DNA of 63,997 bases, filler included, from Candidatus Babelota bacterium (GCA_017999075.1; 13 parts of 13 records of this genome joined end to end with filler, not necessarily neighbours in it); one strand, 5' to 3'. Positions 27,218 to 39,655 are shown, counted from the first letter of the whole stretch. The notes: generated by a model not told the origin, from the letters alone. Made by a program: numbers and translations.

Positions 27218-28051
27218 TTAAAAAAACGGCAATTCAGGCTGCTCCGGCAGCGCAGGTTTTAACCTGAATTTTTTCATCATATATAGGGCGTTTTCAACAG
27301 CATACCCGTTTTTCGGATTATTGAAAATAATATATACATCATTCACGCTGTTTAAAATTTTTATATTTATATTATTGAACCACGCTGATAATTCTTTATG
27401 AGAATATGAATAATCGGTTTGATCTTCCGGATAGGTGGGTTGCCACCAATTGGTTTCATTTCTGCCGTGCATTCTTATATATGAAACGTTTGAAGTAATA
27501 AGATAATTATTACTTCCTATCATATTTTGAAATTTAGGAACATCTCTAAGGCATAAAGAAATTTTATTTTGAGATGCAAATTCTATTATATCAGGCGACA
27601 TCCAGCTGTCATGCTGAAATTCCAGACATTTTTTTAAATCAATAAAACATGCAGATAATATTTTAACTTTTTCAAAATTTGATTGGGAATACCTGAAAGA
27701 AAATGGAAATTCCATTAAAATCGGGCCGAACCAGATTTGATTTGAAATTTCGGCTAAGTTTTTTGAAACTATTTTAGCAATGTTAATATTGTCTGAAATA
27801 TTAGATTTATTAATATTTAGATGTGTTATTTCTTTATTAAGTTTGATTCCTATTTTAAGTTTATTTTCAGACTGTTCTGCTAAATCAGATAAGTTTAATG
27901 AAATTGATTTTACATCAGTGAGTAATTCAGTTTCGATGTAATTGAAATATTTCGAATAATGCGCCAACCATTTGTTTTGCTGCATATTTTTCGGATAAAA
28001 AACCGATTGCCAATCTTTGAATTTATATCCGGATGCGCCGATATATATCAT
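27218..28051 (-). CDS. DUF72 family protein
   Basis: IYIG.SG....DW...FYP, YIRMHGRN, Y.YS..EL..W, YIIFNN. Confidence 0.88.
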   Translation of the reverse strand: MIYIGASGYKFKDWQSVFYPKNMQQNKWLAHYSKYFNYIETELLTDVKSISLNLSDLAEQSENKLKIGIKLNKEITHLNINKSNISDNINIAKIVSKNLAEISNQIWFGPILMEFPFSFRYSQSNFEKVKILSACFIDLKKCLEFQHDSWMSPDIIEFASQNKISLCLRDVPKFQNMIGSNNYLITSNVSYIRMHGRNETNWWQPTYPEDQTDYSYSHKELSAWFNNINIKILNSVNDVYIIFNNPKNGYAVENALYMMKKFRLKPALPEQPELPFF

Positions 28052-28110
28052 TGCGCTGTTTCACCTGATTTGGTTTTTATATTATTTTTTATAAAAACGG
28101 ATTAAATTTT

Positions 28111-28701
28111 TTATTTATTTTTATATTTTAAAATTGTTTTATGATAAATTACAGGATTTGCAGTTTTAAGTAAATACGCCATTTGTGCTGATTTTTCCAG
28201 AGTAGTGGTCCATAAAAAAGATTCTTCAAGGTTTTCGCCTATGGCAAATGATCCGTGATATTTTAAAACTGCGATTTTTCCGTGCTGAATTAATAATCCG
28301 GGAATCCGTTCTGCTACTTCTTCAGAACCTATTGTTTTTACTGTCTCAAAAACAGGAACAGATTTTAAAAAAAAATTTCCTTCGGAATCCACAGGGATTA
28401 TTTCTTTTTCAAGAATTGACATTATTATAGTGTAAGGAGGATGAGCGTGTATTATAGCTTTGGCCTTCGTGTTTCTATAAATATTCCGGTGAACTATTAT
28501 TTCACGCGACGCAATTCCTGTGTTTTGAGAATCATTTATGTCTGCTGAAACAACATCCCCCTCCTGAATATCACCCAACATGCATCCTGTTCTTGATATA
28601 AATAATTTATCTCCGCTTCTTATACTTATATTTCCGCTGTGAGATGCGTTTAATCCCGTTAAAAACAGATCCCTGCCGAATTTTTTAAATAATGACAACA
28701 T
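28111..28701 (-). CDS. Class II aldolase/adducin family protein (fuculose-phosphate aldolase-like)
   Basis: SGNISIR, ASRE..VH..IY, IIHAHP, HG.FA.G. Confidence 0.88.
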   Translation of the reverse strand: MLSLFKKFGRDLFLTGLNASHSGNISIRSGDKLFISRTGCMLGDIQEGDVVSADINDSQNTGIASREIIVHRNIYRNTKAKAIIHAHPPYTIIMSILEKEIIPVDSEGNFFLKSVPVFETVKTIGSEEVAERIPGLLIQHGKIAVLKYHGSFAIGENLEESFLWTTTLEKSAQMAYLLKTANPVIYHKTILKYKNK

Positions 28702-28711
28702 AATTTTTTAT

Positions 28712-29759
28712 TTATAAATTATCTCTATCTGATTTAGCAACTTTTGTAAGAAAATCAGGTTCCCCGAAATTATATTTTATTTTAAGTTTTTTCTTTTCTG
28801 ATTTAAACCATTCATCAACAATATTCCGAGCTTTCATAATAAGAATTTTTTTGTATGATGACGGATATTCTTCTTTAAAATCGTACAAATCAGGCATTTT
28901 GTATTCAAGAACTTTAACTATATGTATTCCAAGTTTTGATTTTATCGGCTCGCTTATTTCATTAGGTTTCAAAATAAATATAGAATCACTGAAATCTTTA
29001 TCTGTGAAAAGTCCGCTTCCTGTATAGGATACTGGAATTTCCTTTATAAGACTTAATGAAGTATCTTCAAGCATGCTTGTTTTTGAAAATTCAGCTCTCG
29101 GCACATATCCTACTATACCTTGTGTGTCGCGTGAATTGGATGTGGAATATTTTTTTACATACTGGACAAAATTCGAATTATCGGATAGAATTTCCTGTTT
29201 TATTTTTTTTGCGTTTTCTAAAGTTTTAGTGATTTCAGTATCAGTAGTTAATTTTTGTTTAATTGAAAGCGCTTTTTCAGCAAGCGAGTAATATTCAGTA
29301 TCTCCTATGTCGGTAACCTGAATTATCTGCCATCCTTTTTCTGTTCTAATCACATCTGAAATTTCTTGCTTTTTCAGATTGAACACTGTTTCAATGAATT
29401 TTTCGGTTACTTCTTCATTATCAGACAAATCTTCTTTAGTGACCCATCCAATATCTCCGCCTTTATAAACTTTTAATCCGCCTTTTTTGTTGTCTTCTTT
29501 TACTATTTTATATGGTTCATCTGAATATAAATTTGCAACTTCATCAAATTTTTCTCCATTTCTTAATTTGTCAAAAATATTATTGATTTTTATTTTCGAT
29601 AAACTTCCTGATGTATCGTCAGTTAAATCTGTATCACTTATAATAATATGCCTAACAAAACGTTTTTCAGGTTTTATATAAGATTCTTTATTTTCATTAT
29701 AATATTTTTCGGCTGTAGGAGTGTCAATAAGTAAAGACGGATTTAAAAATATTTGCTGA
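28712..29759 (-). CDS. Parvulin-type peptidyl-prolyl isomerase (SurA/PpiD/PrsA-like), 5' truncated
   Basis: Frame is open from the contig edge: VRHIII...FDEVA..YS...GGDIGWV, then a second rotamase domain (SEPIKSKLGIHIVKV). Confidence 0.85.
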
Positions 29760-29859
29760 NNNNNNNNNNNNNNNNNNNNNNNNNNNNNNNNNNNNNNNNN
29801 NNNTTAATTAATTAANNNNNNNNNNNNNNNNNNNNNNNNNNNNNNNNNNNNNNNNNNNN

Positions 29860-30645
29860 TCTGTCAATTTGATCTGGAGTAATAAAAATTTTTAATGATA
29901 AAATTTTTATTATATATTTTAATAAAAACAAAAGAAATTTCGGAATTGGGATAAACATAATTTTTCTTTTATTTATTGAAGAAATGCATTTTAATAATTC
30001 ATAATATGTATATCCTTCATTTCCGTTTATTGTGATTATTTCATTACTTTTCCGTGTGATAAAAATTGATTCATACATTATATTTACAACATCGTCTATA
30101 TGTATAGGATAAATTTTATATTTCATATTTGCCGGATAAAATATAATGCTTTTAGCAAGAGCGTCAGATATTAGTTTCCCTATACCTTCTTTTTTTTCTG
30201 TCCCAAAAATCTCAGATGGTCTGAATATCAGCCATCTATTAAGATTTTTCCGAATATATTCTTCAGCTAAAAATTTTGAAAAACCGTATGCTCCGCTTTT
30301 TTTTCCGGCAGTTCTTGAACTTATAAAAACAAACATACATTTCCGATTTTTTTGTTTAAGAAAATTAATTATTGATATAGTGCTATTAAGATTAACTTTA
30401 AAATATTCATTTTCATCACGCGAATGGGTAACTGCAGCGCCATGAATTATCATATCCATATCGTCAGTTATTATTTTTTCAGCAGTATCAGGATCACAAA
30501 TATCTCCTTTTATTATTTTAATTTTTTCAGAAGATATTTTTTCAGGGAAACGGGTAACTCCTGTTATATCGCAAGTTTTAGCATCAATCAATTTCACTAA
30601 TCTTTGCAGTAATTCTGAAGTTATTCCGGTAATAAGTATTTTCAT
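29860..30645 (-). CDS. NAD-dependent epimerase/dehydratase (SDR), partial
   Basis: MKILITG, IIHGAA, YGFSK (YxxxK), FRPS.IFG. Confidence 0.85.
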
Positions 30646-31063
30646 AAAACATATAATTATATAATTTTCAATTTATTAAATTATAAATTATAAAAAGAAA
30701 ATGTAAATATAAAATATTTTAAAGATTTTTATTATTCTATCATTATACCATTATCCTGACTTCATATAGAAAAAATATTGTATTTATTCAAAAAACAACA
30801 TAAAAATTTCATAAAAATATTATTTTATCTTGAATTTTAAAATAAATTCAAGTATGCTTATTTCTATATTTTCTGGAACTTTTTGTAAAATTTTTACTCA
30901 AATTATTCAGTATCAAACCGGACCATAAAAAAACTATATAAGCATTGAGTTCGGATTTATCAACAATAACGTATTTGTTGATTATTTTTTAAAAACTGAA
31001 TTTTCAAGAAAATATACTTGATAATAAAAAATCTGAAATTTAATTACTCTGATTTAACAGGAA

Positions 31064-34000
31064 GTGATAAAACTTATGGCACAAAAATTTTTTTTAATAT
31101 TATGTTTTATATTTTTATTATTCGTTTCGGTTTCAGCGGCGAATATCGACAATGAACTTATGGTTATACAGACAATGGTTCAAAACGGTATGTATGACAT
31201 AGCTGCAGCAGAACTCGAACCGCTAATAAAAAATAACGAAGGAAATCAAAGTTTAGAACTTGCTTATTTCCTTTTAGGCGAATCATATTTTTTTCTTGAT
31301 AAAATCAATGATGCTGAATTTCAATATAAAATGATTTATGACAATTTCAAAAAAAGTGCACTAATGGATAAAGTTATATATCGTCTCGGAACAATAAATA
31401 TTAATTTGAAAAAATTCACTGAATCAAAAAAGTATTTCGATGAATTCATTAAAATATACCCGTCTTCCGAACTTGCAGCCGAATCAAAATTTTATTTAGG
31501 TGTATGCAACGAACAACTTGGTAATTATAAAGAAGCTGTTAATTTTTACAATTTAACTTTAGAAAAAGGATACCTCGATAAATTTTATCAGCAGGCAAGC
31601 TATTCAGCAGGATGGTGTTATTTCAAACTCAACGATTTTGAAAATGCCGTTAAGCATTTAAAAAATGTAAAACCTGAAAATGAATTCATAGATGTATATT
31701 ATTACCTTGCTAAAAGTTACGAAAAACTCAACGATACTGAAAAAGCAATGAAACATTATGAAAAAATCCCTGAATCGTCAGAAATTTTCAAACCAGCATA
31801 TTATGCGAAAGGATGGTTGCTTTTTGATACAGGAAAAAAAAATGAAGCTGCTGAAATATTTGAAGAATATATTAAAAAATTTCCCGAAGATAAACTTGCA
31901 CCTGAAGCTATGCTAACTGCTGCAAATATTTACTATGAACTCGAATATTTTGACAAATCACTTGCTTTATTTAATTCTTATTACGAAAAATATTCCGAGA
32001 TGAAAGATATAGAAAAATTGAATCTTATAAAATCTTTATATTTTTCAGGTTATTTATGCATACGCCAATACGAAAAAAACAAATCAAAACAATTGCTGAT
32101 TGACGCCGAAAAAAAATTTATTCTCATCACAACAAACTTTGATAATAAGGAATTCACTGGAAAATCTTATTTTAGGCTCGGACAGATTTACGGGTATCTC
32201 GAAGATAATTCGAAATCTGCCGAAAATTATAAAAACGTCATAGAAAAATATCCTGACAATGAATTTGCCGAACAATCCGCGTATGAAGCAGCCAAACAGT
32301 ATTATCTGATTAAGAATTATGAAAGCACTGTAAAATATTTGAAATTGTTTAAGGAAAAATTTAAAACAAGTTCTCTGATCAGCGATGTTAACTTTTCGCT
32401 TGCCGAAACATATTACCTGATGAAAGACTGGCCAAATTCAATTTCAGCATATACAGAACTGCTAAATGACAAAACAATAGATAAAACAAGAAAAGAATAC
32501 GGATATTTCATAAATGAACTTGCGTATTACAAACTCGGATGGTCATACAACAATATCCAAAAATTTGAAGACGCAATAAAATATTTCGATTTATTAATAA
32601 CTCAGTATCCTGAAAGCGGCCTTAAAATAGACGCTGTAAATCAAACTGGAAAAATTTACTATGATAAAGGAGAAATAGAAAAGTCAAAAAAATATTTTTC
32701 GCTAATAGAAAAAAACGGAGGGGCAGCAGACGCTAATTCCAAAGCTAATTTAGCCTATATAACATTTGTGAAAGCAGAAAAAGATTTAGAATCTAAAAAC
32801 TATGAATCGGCAATTTCAAATTATAACGAATCTTTAAAATTATATACCGAACTTGAAGATACAAAAATGATAACTCCATTATTATTAAAAATAGGAGACA
32901 TATATTATTCTCAAAAAAAATACGATGAAATGGAAAATTTTTATAACGGAATTTTAAAAAATTACAGCAATCAACCTGATGTTTTTCTTGTATTCCAAAA
33001 TCTCGGATGGTCAAATTTTGAAAATAAAAAATTTGATAAATCAATAGAATATATGAAATTATTTTTAACGGGTTCAAATAAAAATAAAGGAATAACTTCA
33101 GCCGAATTAATCGAAGAGGCAATGTATATTGTGATTAAAAGTTATCAAAATTTAAAAAATGATACTGAAGCTCTTAAGGAAATCAATAATTATCTGAACA
33201 GCAATTCAAATTTATCCTCAAAATATTATTCATTGGTTTTTTATAACAAAACATTAATCGAACGCATTTTATCTAAGTTCGATGATTCTATAAAATCAGG
33301 AGAATGGTTTATTCAAAATTTTCCAGCAGACGAATTTTATTTTTCAGTGTTATATAACTTAATGGAGCTGTATTCGGAAACCAAACAGAATGAAAAATTC
33401 ATAGAATCAGCTAAAAAAATAATTGAACAGGATTCAGATAAAATCAGAGTAGCGAATGTCAAATTTATGCTTATAAAATTTTATGTTGAAACCAATAATT
33501 TCGACGAATCAATTAAATGGACGGAAAATTTAATCGAAAAACATCCGGAATTCAAATATATGGATGAAGTATTATTCATATCAGCTAAAATTCATGAAAC
33601 AAAAAAAACATATGATAATGCCATAAAATATTTAAACCGAATATTATCCAACTACAAAACGAGTGACAGATACGAAGAGTCTCTTTACAGTTATGCCCAA
33701 ATGAATTTCATACAAAAAAAATCAGACGAATCTGAAATATACTATAAAAAATTCATTTCAGAATTCCCGAAAAGCAGGTTTATAATTGGTGCCATCCTTG
33801 ATTATTCGGACATTTTAGTGGCAAAAAACGATTTAAAAACTGCAGAAGAAATACTTGCTAAATTGAATAATAATTATGAAATAACTGACGGATTGGTATC
33901 AATCGAAGCTATGTATAAATTAGGATTAGTATATTTCAAGCTTAATAAATCAGAACCTGCAATTGATATACTCACACGGGCAACCATTGAATATGATAAT

Positions 34001-34294
34001 TTAATTAAATCCCAAAAAATACAGGACAATGATATTTCGGCAAAAATATGTATTTTAAAAGGCGATGTTTATACAACTCAAAAAAATTATCCTAAAGCAA
34101 TTTTCGAATATCAACGTGTTGTTGCTGTTTATCCATTTAAAGGATACATTGATTCAGCTCAATATAAAACTGCTGAAGCATATATTAAATTCGGAAAAAA
34201 AAACATCGCTGATATTCTCTTGAACAAAATATTGACTGAATTTCCTGATACTCCATTAAAACCTGAAATACATAAATTGCTTGAATTAAAATAA
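31064..34294 (+). CDS. Large periplasmic TPR-repeat protein (CpoB/BamD-like repeats)
   Basis: Signal peptide and many TPRs ending in YP.S-type motifs; upstream of ExbB/TolQ. Confidence 0.88.
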   Translation: MIKLMAQKFFLILCFIFLLFVSVSAANIDNELMVIQTMVQNGMYDIAAAELEPLIKNNEGNQSLELAYFLLGESYFFLDKINDAEFQYKMIYDNFKKSALMDKVIYRLGTININLKKFTESKKYFDEFIKIYPSSELAAESKFYLGVCNEQLGNYKEAVNFYNLTLEKGYLDKFYQQASYSAGWCYFKLNDFENAVKHLKNVKPENEFIDVYYYLAKSYEKLNDTEKAMKHYEKIPESSEIFKPAYYAKGWLLFDTGKKNEAAEIFEEYIKKFPEDKLAPEAMLTAANIYYELEYFDKSLALFNSYYEKYSEMKDIEKLNLIKSLYFSGYLCIRQYEKNKSKQLLIDAEKKFILITTNFDNKEFTGKSYFRLGQIYGYLEDNSKSAENYKNVIEKYPDNEFAEQSAYEAAKQYYLIKNYESTVKYLKLFKEKFKTSSLISDVNFSLAETYYLMKDWPNSISAYTELLNDKTIDKTRKEYGYFINELAYYKLGWSYNNIQKFEDAIKYFDLLITQYPESGLKIDAVNQTGKIYYDKGEIEKSKKYFSLIEKNGGAADANSKANLAYITFVKAEKDLESKNYESAISNYNESLKLYTELEDTKMITPLLLKIGDIYYSQKKYDEMENFYNGILKNYSNQPDVFLVFQNLGWSNFENKKFDKSIEYMKLFLTGSNKNKGITSAELIEEAMYIVIKSYQNLKNDTEALKEINNYLNSNSNLSSKYYSLVFYNKTLIERILSKFDDSIKSGEWFIQNFPADEFYFSVLYNLMELYSETKQNEKFIESAKKIIEQDSDKIRVANVKFMLIKFYVETNNFDESIKWTENLIEKHPEFKYMDEVLFISAKIHETKKTYDNAIKYLNRILSNYKTSDRYEESLYSYAQMNFIQKKSDESEIYYKKFISEFPKSRFIIGAILDYSDILVAKNDLKTAEEILAKLNNNYEITDGLVSIEAMYKLGLVYFKLNKSEPAIDILTRATIEYDNLIKSQKIQDNDISAKICILKGDVYTTQKNYPKAIFEYQRVVAVYPFKGYIDSAQYKTAEAYIKFGKKNIADILLNKILTEFPDTPLKPEIHKLLELK

Positions 34295-34343
34295 AAGTTA
34301 TCTTAAAAAAAATTTTAAATATCAATAAACCGGAGAACTTATT

Positions 34344-34716
34344 ATGAATTTTTTTAATAATTTAGTTTCATCTATTACTAATTTTATGGTGAAAGGCGGT
34401 CCTGTAATGATTCCGATTTTCGGACTATCCATTATAGGATTGGCAATAATAATAGAACGCTCAATAATTATAAAAAGAAAAAAAGGCGATCTGAAAAATT
34501 TAATATTGAAAATAAAACCTCTTATTGAAGAAAAAAAAATTAATGAAGCTATCGAATTATGCAAATCCGAAAAAACTTCTATATCCCGCGTTGCAGCGGC
34601 AATCCTTGAAAATTACGATAATACCCGCGATAAACTTGAAATTGTAGCAGATGAAATAATAATTTCCGAGATTCCAAAACTGGAACGTCATATCGGATTT
34701 TTAGGCATTATTGCAA
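34344..34716 (+). CDS. MotA/TolQ/ExbB proton-channel protein, partial
   Basis: KGGPVMIPI..LSI..LAIIIER and LER.I.FL.IIA motifs. Confidence 0.88.
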
Positions 34717-34816
34717 NNNNNNNNNNNNNNNNNNNNNNNNNNNNNNNNNNNNNNNNNNNNTTAATTAATTAANNNNNNNNNNNNNNNNNNNNNNNNNNNN
34801 NNNNNNNNNNNNNNNN

Positions 34817-35867
34817 TGTCTGATGATATTGAAGACTGGCTTGTGAAATTCACGCGTCCTGCTCCTGAATCAATGTAAACCAGTATGTTTTGAGTGTCTA
34901 TTCCTGAAGTGCTGTCTGAATACCTGACTGAAACTGCCGGAATTGAATCCATAGTTGAGGTGAATGCAGTATATGAAAGTATTGACGGCGGCGCCGAATC
35001 GAATGTTCTTGTTATAACTTGTGATGAATCTGAAATATTACCGATTGTATCCTGAGAAATAAAATAAAAATTAAAAATTCCTTGAGAAGGGTATTGAAAA
35101 TAAACATTTACTGTAGTATCCGCTGTATTAGAACTTGTTTCATATAAAATATTATTGACATATAAAAATAATGTGTCGGTTAAATTTTGTTTAATAACGG
35201 TAAATGTGTTTGCTAAGACATTAGTGCAAATGTTATTTGTAACGTTCCATAAAATTGGTTTTGGCAGTTCATAGCTGATTATAACTGTAAGAGTATCGTA
35301 ATTGTCAATTTGGTTGATTCCGATTTGACTCATAGTAGTTTTTCGTGGTTCTGTAATGTTCCATGAAATTGAAGTGTTACCTGAATTTATTACTGGAGAA
35401 CATGTGATACTTGCAATTTTTACGTCAAAATTAGATAAAGAGGATTCCATTAAAGGATAAGACTTTATAAAAATTGAAATGTTTATGTATCCTGAATCAT
35501 TATAATAATTAAGTTTGTTGAGATTGAATGTTATGTCCATACCATTTGAATCTATAAAATGAGCGTTTGGATTTGAAATTGAAGATATTATTGAAGTATT
35601 TGATGCAACTGATAAAATATTTAGATAAGTCGAATCAAAATTTAAATAAAGTCCAATAGCATTGCAGCTGTCATTTGAAATAATATTTTTTGCGTATATA
35701 TCAAAGCAGAATGTATCAAGGTTATTTACATAAACAAAATTCGAGTCAGGATTTAATGACGCTTTCAAATATACGCAACTTGAATCTGAAGCGTATAAAA
35801 CGTTATATATTAATATAAAAAATATGGTATAAAAAATTTTTTTAAAAAAATTAGACAATAATGACAT
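34817..35867 (-). CDS. Secreted Ser/Thr/Asn-rich protein with cohesin-like and Ig-like domains, partial
   Basis: Signal peptide; L.FD...L.I (cohesin-like); D..GN.S..S and D..PP...D..SGID Ig-like motifs. Confidence 0.6.
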
Positions 35868-35938
35868 ATTAATATTATAATTATTAATAAATTAATTACA
35901 AGAAAAAAATACAGGTTTTAAGTTTAAATAATTATGTT

Positions 35939-37318
35939 TTATAAATGAATTTTTCCGCGGATTAAAGATGTGAATATCCCTGTAAAACATAAAAATGCAA
36001 ATATTCCAAAAATTATTTTTATGCTCTTGATAAATAATGTAATATTGGAATATTCTATTTTTACTTTCCCGATTACAATTGAAAAAATAATAATTACTAC
36101 ACCCATACTGAACATTTGTCCTGTCATACGCGCTGCACTGACTGTTCCTGAAGCAACTCCGTAATTTTTTGGATCAACGGAACTCATAACTGCATTTGTG
36201 TTTGGTGATGAAAACAATCCGATTCCTGTTCCTATTACTGTTAAATAAAATGATACAGTGGCAATAGAGGTATAACTGCTTATGGATGAAAAAAGAAATA
36301 ATCCTGCAAATGATAAGAACATTCCGGCTGAAGCAATTAATCTGGGTTCTGTTTTGTCAGATAACCTTCCGGCAAACGGAGATATAATGAATTGCATAGC
36401 AGGCATAAATATTAAAATAGTTCCTGCAGTTTTTGGAGAATATCCTTTTACATATTGTAAATATAAACTTACAAGAAAACTTACTGCATAAGTTGCACTA
36501 TAATTTATAAATGCGGTTAAATTTGAAAATACGAAAATTTTGTTGTTCATGAAAAGATTGAAATTGAATATAGGATACTCGACTTTTTTTCCGCGTCTTA
36601 TGAATAATATTAAAAACACTATCCCTGTTCCTGTTATGATAACTCCGTTTAATTCGATTAGTTTAGAAAATCCGTACAATAAAAAACTTAAACCTATTGT
36701 GTAGAATATAAATCCTATAGTATCAAATTTTTCCGGATTGTTTTCAATATCATCATTTTCAAGTTTTAACACGCTGAGAATCAATAATATTAAACTGCAT
36801 CCTGCATTTATTAAAAAAATATATCTCCACCCCAAATGTTGTGTCAAAATTCCGCCTATATATGGACCTATGGATAGACCAAAGTAAACAACGCCTACAT
36901 TAATACCTATAGCTTTCCCGCGTTCTCCGGCAGGAAAAGTTGACATAAGTATTGCAGACATAGTCCCGAACATCATCGCTGCTCCTATTCCTTGAAATAA
37001 TCTGTATACGAGTAAAAAATAAATTGAGTTTGCAATTCCGCAAAAAAATGAAAACAAGGTATATATGATTACTCCGAACACAAAAATTTTTTTTCTTCCA
37101 TAAATATCGCCGATTCTTCCTACAGGTAATAATAATACTGAAGTGGCAATAAGATAAATTGTTACAATCCAGTTCATTAATATTGCGTCAATATTGAATT
37201 CTGCACTTATCGCAGGAAGAGCTATATTTATTGAAGAAATTATTAGAGGTGTTAAAAATGCACTTATTGAAGTTATGACTAAGATTATTTTTTTGTTATG
37301 AGGTTTTTTATAAGACAT
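35939..37318 (-). CDS. MFS transporter, DHA2 (EmrB/QacA-like) family
   Basis: About 14 TM segments; GRIGDIYGRKK; GP.IGG.LT..LGWR.IF. Confidence 0.9.
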   Translation of the reverse strand: MSYKKPHNKKIILVITSISAFLTPLIISSINIALPAISAEFNIDAILMNWIVTIYLIATSVLLLPVGRIGDIYGRKKIFVFGVIIYTLFSFFCGIANSIYFLLVYRLFQGIGAAMMFGTMSAILMSTFPAGERGKAIGINVGVVYFGLSIGPYIGGILTQHLGWRYIFLINAGCSLILLILSVLKLENDDIENNPEKFDTIGFIFYTIGLSFLLYGFSKLIELNGVIITGTGIVFLILFIRRGKKVEYPIFNFNLFMNNKIFVFSNLTAFINYSATYAVSFLVSLYLQYVKGYSPKTAGTILIFMPAMQFIISPFAGRLSDKTEPRLIASAGMFLSFAGLFLFSSISSYTSIATVSFYLTVIGTGIGLFSSPNTNAVMSSVDPKNYGVASGTVSAARMTGQMFSMGVVIIIFSIVIGKVKIEYSNITLFIKSIKIIFGIFAFLCFTGIFTSLIRGKIHL

Positions 37319-37327
37319 AATTAATTT

Positions 37328-38533
37328 TTAGAATAAACCAAATGGTTTTAAAACTCTTGGAAACGCATTGTGAACATAAGAAATAATTATTCCATAGTTG
37401 ACTACAGGAATTTTTTGATTTTTTAATAAGTCCATTCTTGATTCCATTTCTTTCTGATTAAGCATACATCCACCGCAATGGATTCCAAGTTTGTATTTGT
37501 TTAAATTTTTTGGAGGCTCTTTGCCTGAAAAAAAATCGAATTTTAATTTTTTTCCAGTAAAATTTATAAGCCATCTTGGAATTTTTACTTTTCCTAGATC
37601 GTCTGGCTGCTGATGGTGAGTACAAGCTTCAATAACTATGATTTTGTCATTATCTTTAAGTTTATTCAATGCGGATAATCCGGTCATTAAATATTTCAGG
37701 TCGCCTTTATATCTTGCGAATAAAACACTAAATGTGGTAATAAGAATTGATTCAGGTACATCAGCCGCAACTTTCATTATTGCTTGCGAATCAGTAATTA
37801 CAAGTTTAGGCGGTTTTTTTAAATTATCAAGAGTATACTTAAGTTCACGTTCTTTGGTTACAATAGAAATCGCATCAGAATCAAGTATTTCACGTATTGT
37901 CTGAACTTGAGGCAATATCAATCTGCCTTTAGGCGCGCTTAAATCTATTGGAACAACAAGGACTATTATATCTCCGCCTTTTATCAAATCAGAAATTATA
38001 AATTTTTCTTTTATATGCGGAAAAATTTCTCCGAGTTTATCTTTTATTTCGGTTATTCCTGTTTTATTTTTTGAAGAAACATAAAAAACAGGATATTGTT
38101 TTATATAATCCGGAATAAATATATTTTTTTTATTCAAATCAACTTTATTTATAATGCAGGCAATTTTTATGCCTTTCTTTTTTATATAATCAACTGCATT
38201 TTTTTCTGCTTGTGAAAAACCGTTTTCTACAGAAACCACGAGAAATATGAAATTTGAAGAATTTATCGCATCAAAAGTTTTTTCCATCCGAAGTTTTCCG
38301 AGTTTTCCTTTATCATCAATGCCTGCAGTATCAACAATTGTTACAGGACCTACAGGTAAAATTTCCATTGGTTTATAAACAGGATCTGCTGTAGTGCCCG
38401 GAACATCGGAGACTATTGCAATATTTTGATTGGTTAATGCGTTTATAAATGACGATTTGCCTGCGTTTCTTTTTCCTATAATAACAATTTTAGGTCTGCC
38501 TGCTGAAGGTGTTTCATTAAGTCCTGTTTCCAT
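37328..38533 (-). CDS. hydF: [FeFe]-hydrogenase H-cluster maturation GTPase
   Basis: GKRNAGKSS, DTAG, APKGRLILPQVQ, EACTHH...HCGGCM. Confidence 0.95.
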   Translation of the reverse strand: METGLNETPSAGRPKIVIIGKRNAGKSSFINALTNQNIAIVSDVPGTTADPVYKPMEILPVGPVTIVDTAGIDDKGKLGKLRMEKTFDAINSSNFIFLVVSVENGFSQAEKNAVDYIKKKGIKIACIINKVDLNKKNIFIPDYIKQYPVFYVSSKNKTGITEIKDKLGEIFPHIKEKFIISDLIKGGDIIVLVVPIDLSAPKGRLILPQVQTIREILDSDAISIVTKERELKYTLDNLKKPPKLVITDSQAIMKVAADVPESILITTFSVLFARYKGDLKYLMTGLSALNKLKDNDKIIVIEACTHHQQPDDLGKVKIPRWLINFTGKKLKFDFFSGKEPPKNLNKYKLGIHCGGCMLNQKEMESRMDLLKNQKIPVVNYGIIISYVHNAFPRVLKPFGLF

Positions 38534-38635
38534 AATAAAATATTTGCCTTTATTGAGCTTTGAAATGATTGGTTTACAAAATAAAATTATTTTCTGTGTT
38601 TTTATTGATTATCAATTAAACAGTTTGTAAACTAA

Positions 38636-39655
38636 TCATTTCAAAGCAGAGTATTTAATAATGTTTTCTTTAATTTTTTTTAATTCTTTATCCGATACTA
38701 TTTTATATTTTTTCAGATATTGTAATGAAGTCAGTTTTTTATTTTTTTTCTTTTTTATTTCAAAATCATGGACCATATCTTCTACTTTTCTGTATCCGAA
38801 CATAGGTGTTAACGCTGTAAAAATACAATAACTGTTATCAACGTTTTTCTTTATATTATCTAAGTCAGGGGAAATTTTTTTTATTATTATGTCTGCTGTA
38901 TTAATATTTGATTGAATCATCAATTTAAGTTCTTTTATAATGCAGTAAGCTATAAGCGGCATATAGGGGTTTAACTGTAAATGACCGCCTGCAGCTGCAG
39001 AACATAAAACTGAATCAAGTCCAGCGACAAGCATTGACGATTGAATTATATTTTCGATTGCCACAGGATTAACTTTTGCAGGCATTATAGTAGAACCTTT
39101 TTGCAGAGGTTTTAATTTGAGTTCTGAAATTCCGGCAGCAGGTCCGCACGATAAAAATCTAATATCGCTGCAAATTTTATTCAGATTTACCGCATTAGCT
39201 CTGAGAAGTCCGCTTATTTCTGCAAATACATCGCAATTTTGAGTTGAATCAATAAGATTTTCGGATTTGACAAGACTCAATCCTGTTATATCCCGCAATG
39301 AATTAATAACTGAAAATGAATACTTTTGATGAGCATTTAGACCTGTTCCTATAGCTGTTGCTCCGAGATTAATAACACGTATACGTTCGATGGACTTATA
39401 GATTCTCCATCTGTCACGGCTTATTGGTTCTGCCCATGCGCTGAACTGCTGACCTAAAGTTAATAATACTGCATCCTGCCATTCGGTTCGTCCTACAAAA
39501 ATGATTTCTCTGTATTCGGATTCTTTTTCCTGAAGATTTTTTTGCAAGTAAGCGCAGCTGTCCTCCAATTGTTTTAATAAACGTAAAACAGCTATTTTTA
39601 CAGCGCTTGGGAAAACATCGTTAGTGGACTGGCTTTTATTAACATCGTCAAGAGG
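38636..39655 (-). CDS. aspA: Aspartate ammonia-lyase (fumarase/aspartase family), 5' truncated
   Basis: Frame open to contig edge (VNKSQSTND); GRT..QDA; GSTIMPAKVNP signature; adjacent to hydF. Confidence 0.85.
   Translation of the reverse strand, partial: PLDDVNKSQSTNDVFPSAVKIAVLRLLKQLEDSCAYLQKNLQEKESEYREIIFVGRTEWQDAVLLTLGQQFSAWAEPISRDRWRIYKSIERIRVINLGATAIGTGLNAHQKYSFSVINSLRDITGLSLVKSENLIDSTQNCDVFAEISGLLRANAVNLNKICSDIRFLSCGPAAGISELKLKPLQKGSTIMPAKVNPVAIENIIQSSMLVAGLDSVLCSAAAGGHLQLNPYMPLIAYCIIKELKLMIQSNINTADIIIKKISPDLDNIKKNVDNSYCIFTALTPMFGYRKVEDMVHDFEIKKKKNKKLTSLQYLKKYKIVSDKELKKIKENIIKYSALK

Noticed and set aside
30646-31063. Possible ncRNA in an AT-rich divergent intergenic region
   Set aside because: Only short AT-rich inverted repeats, compatible with chance or with operators of divergent promoters.
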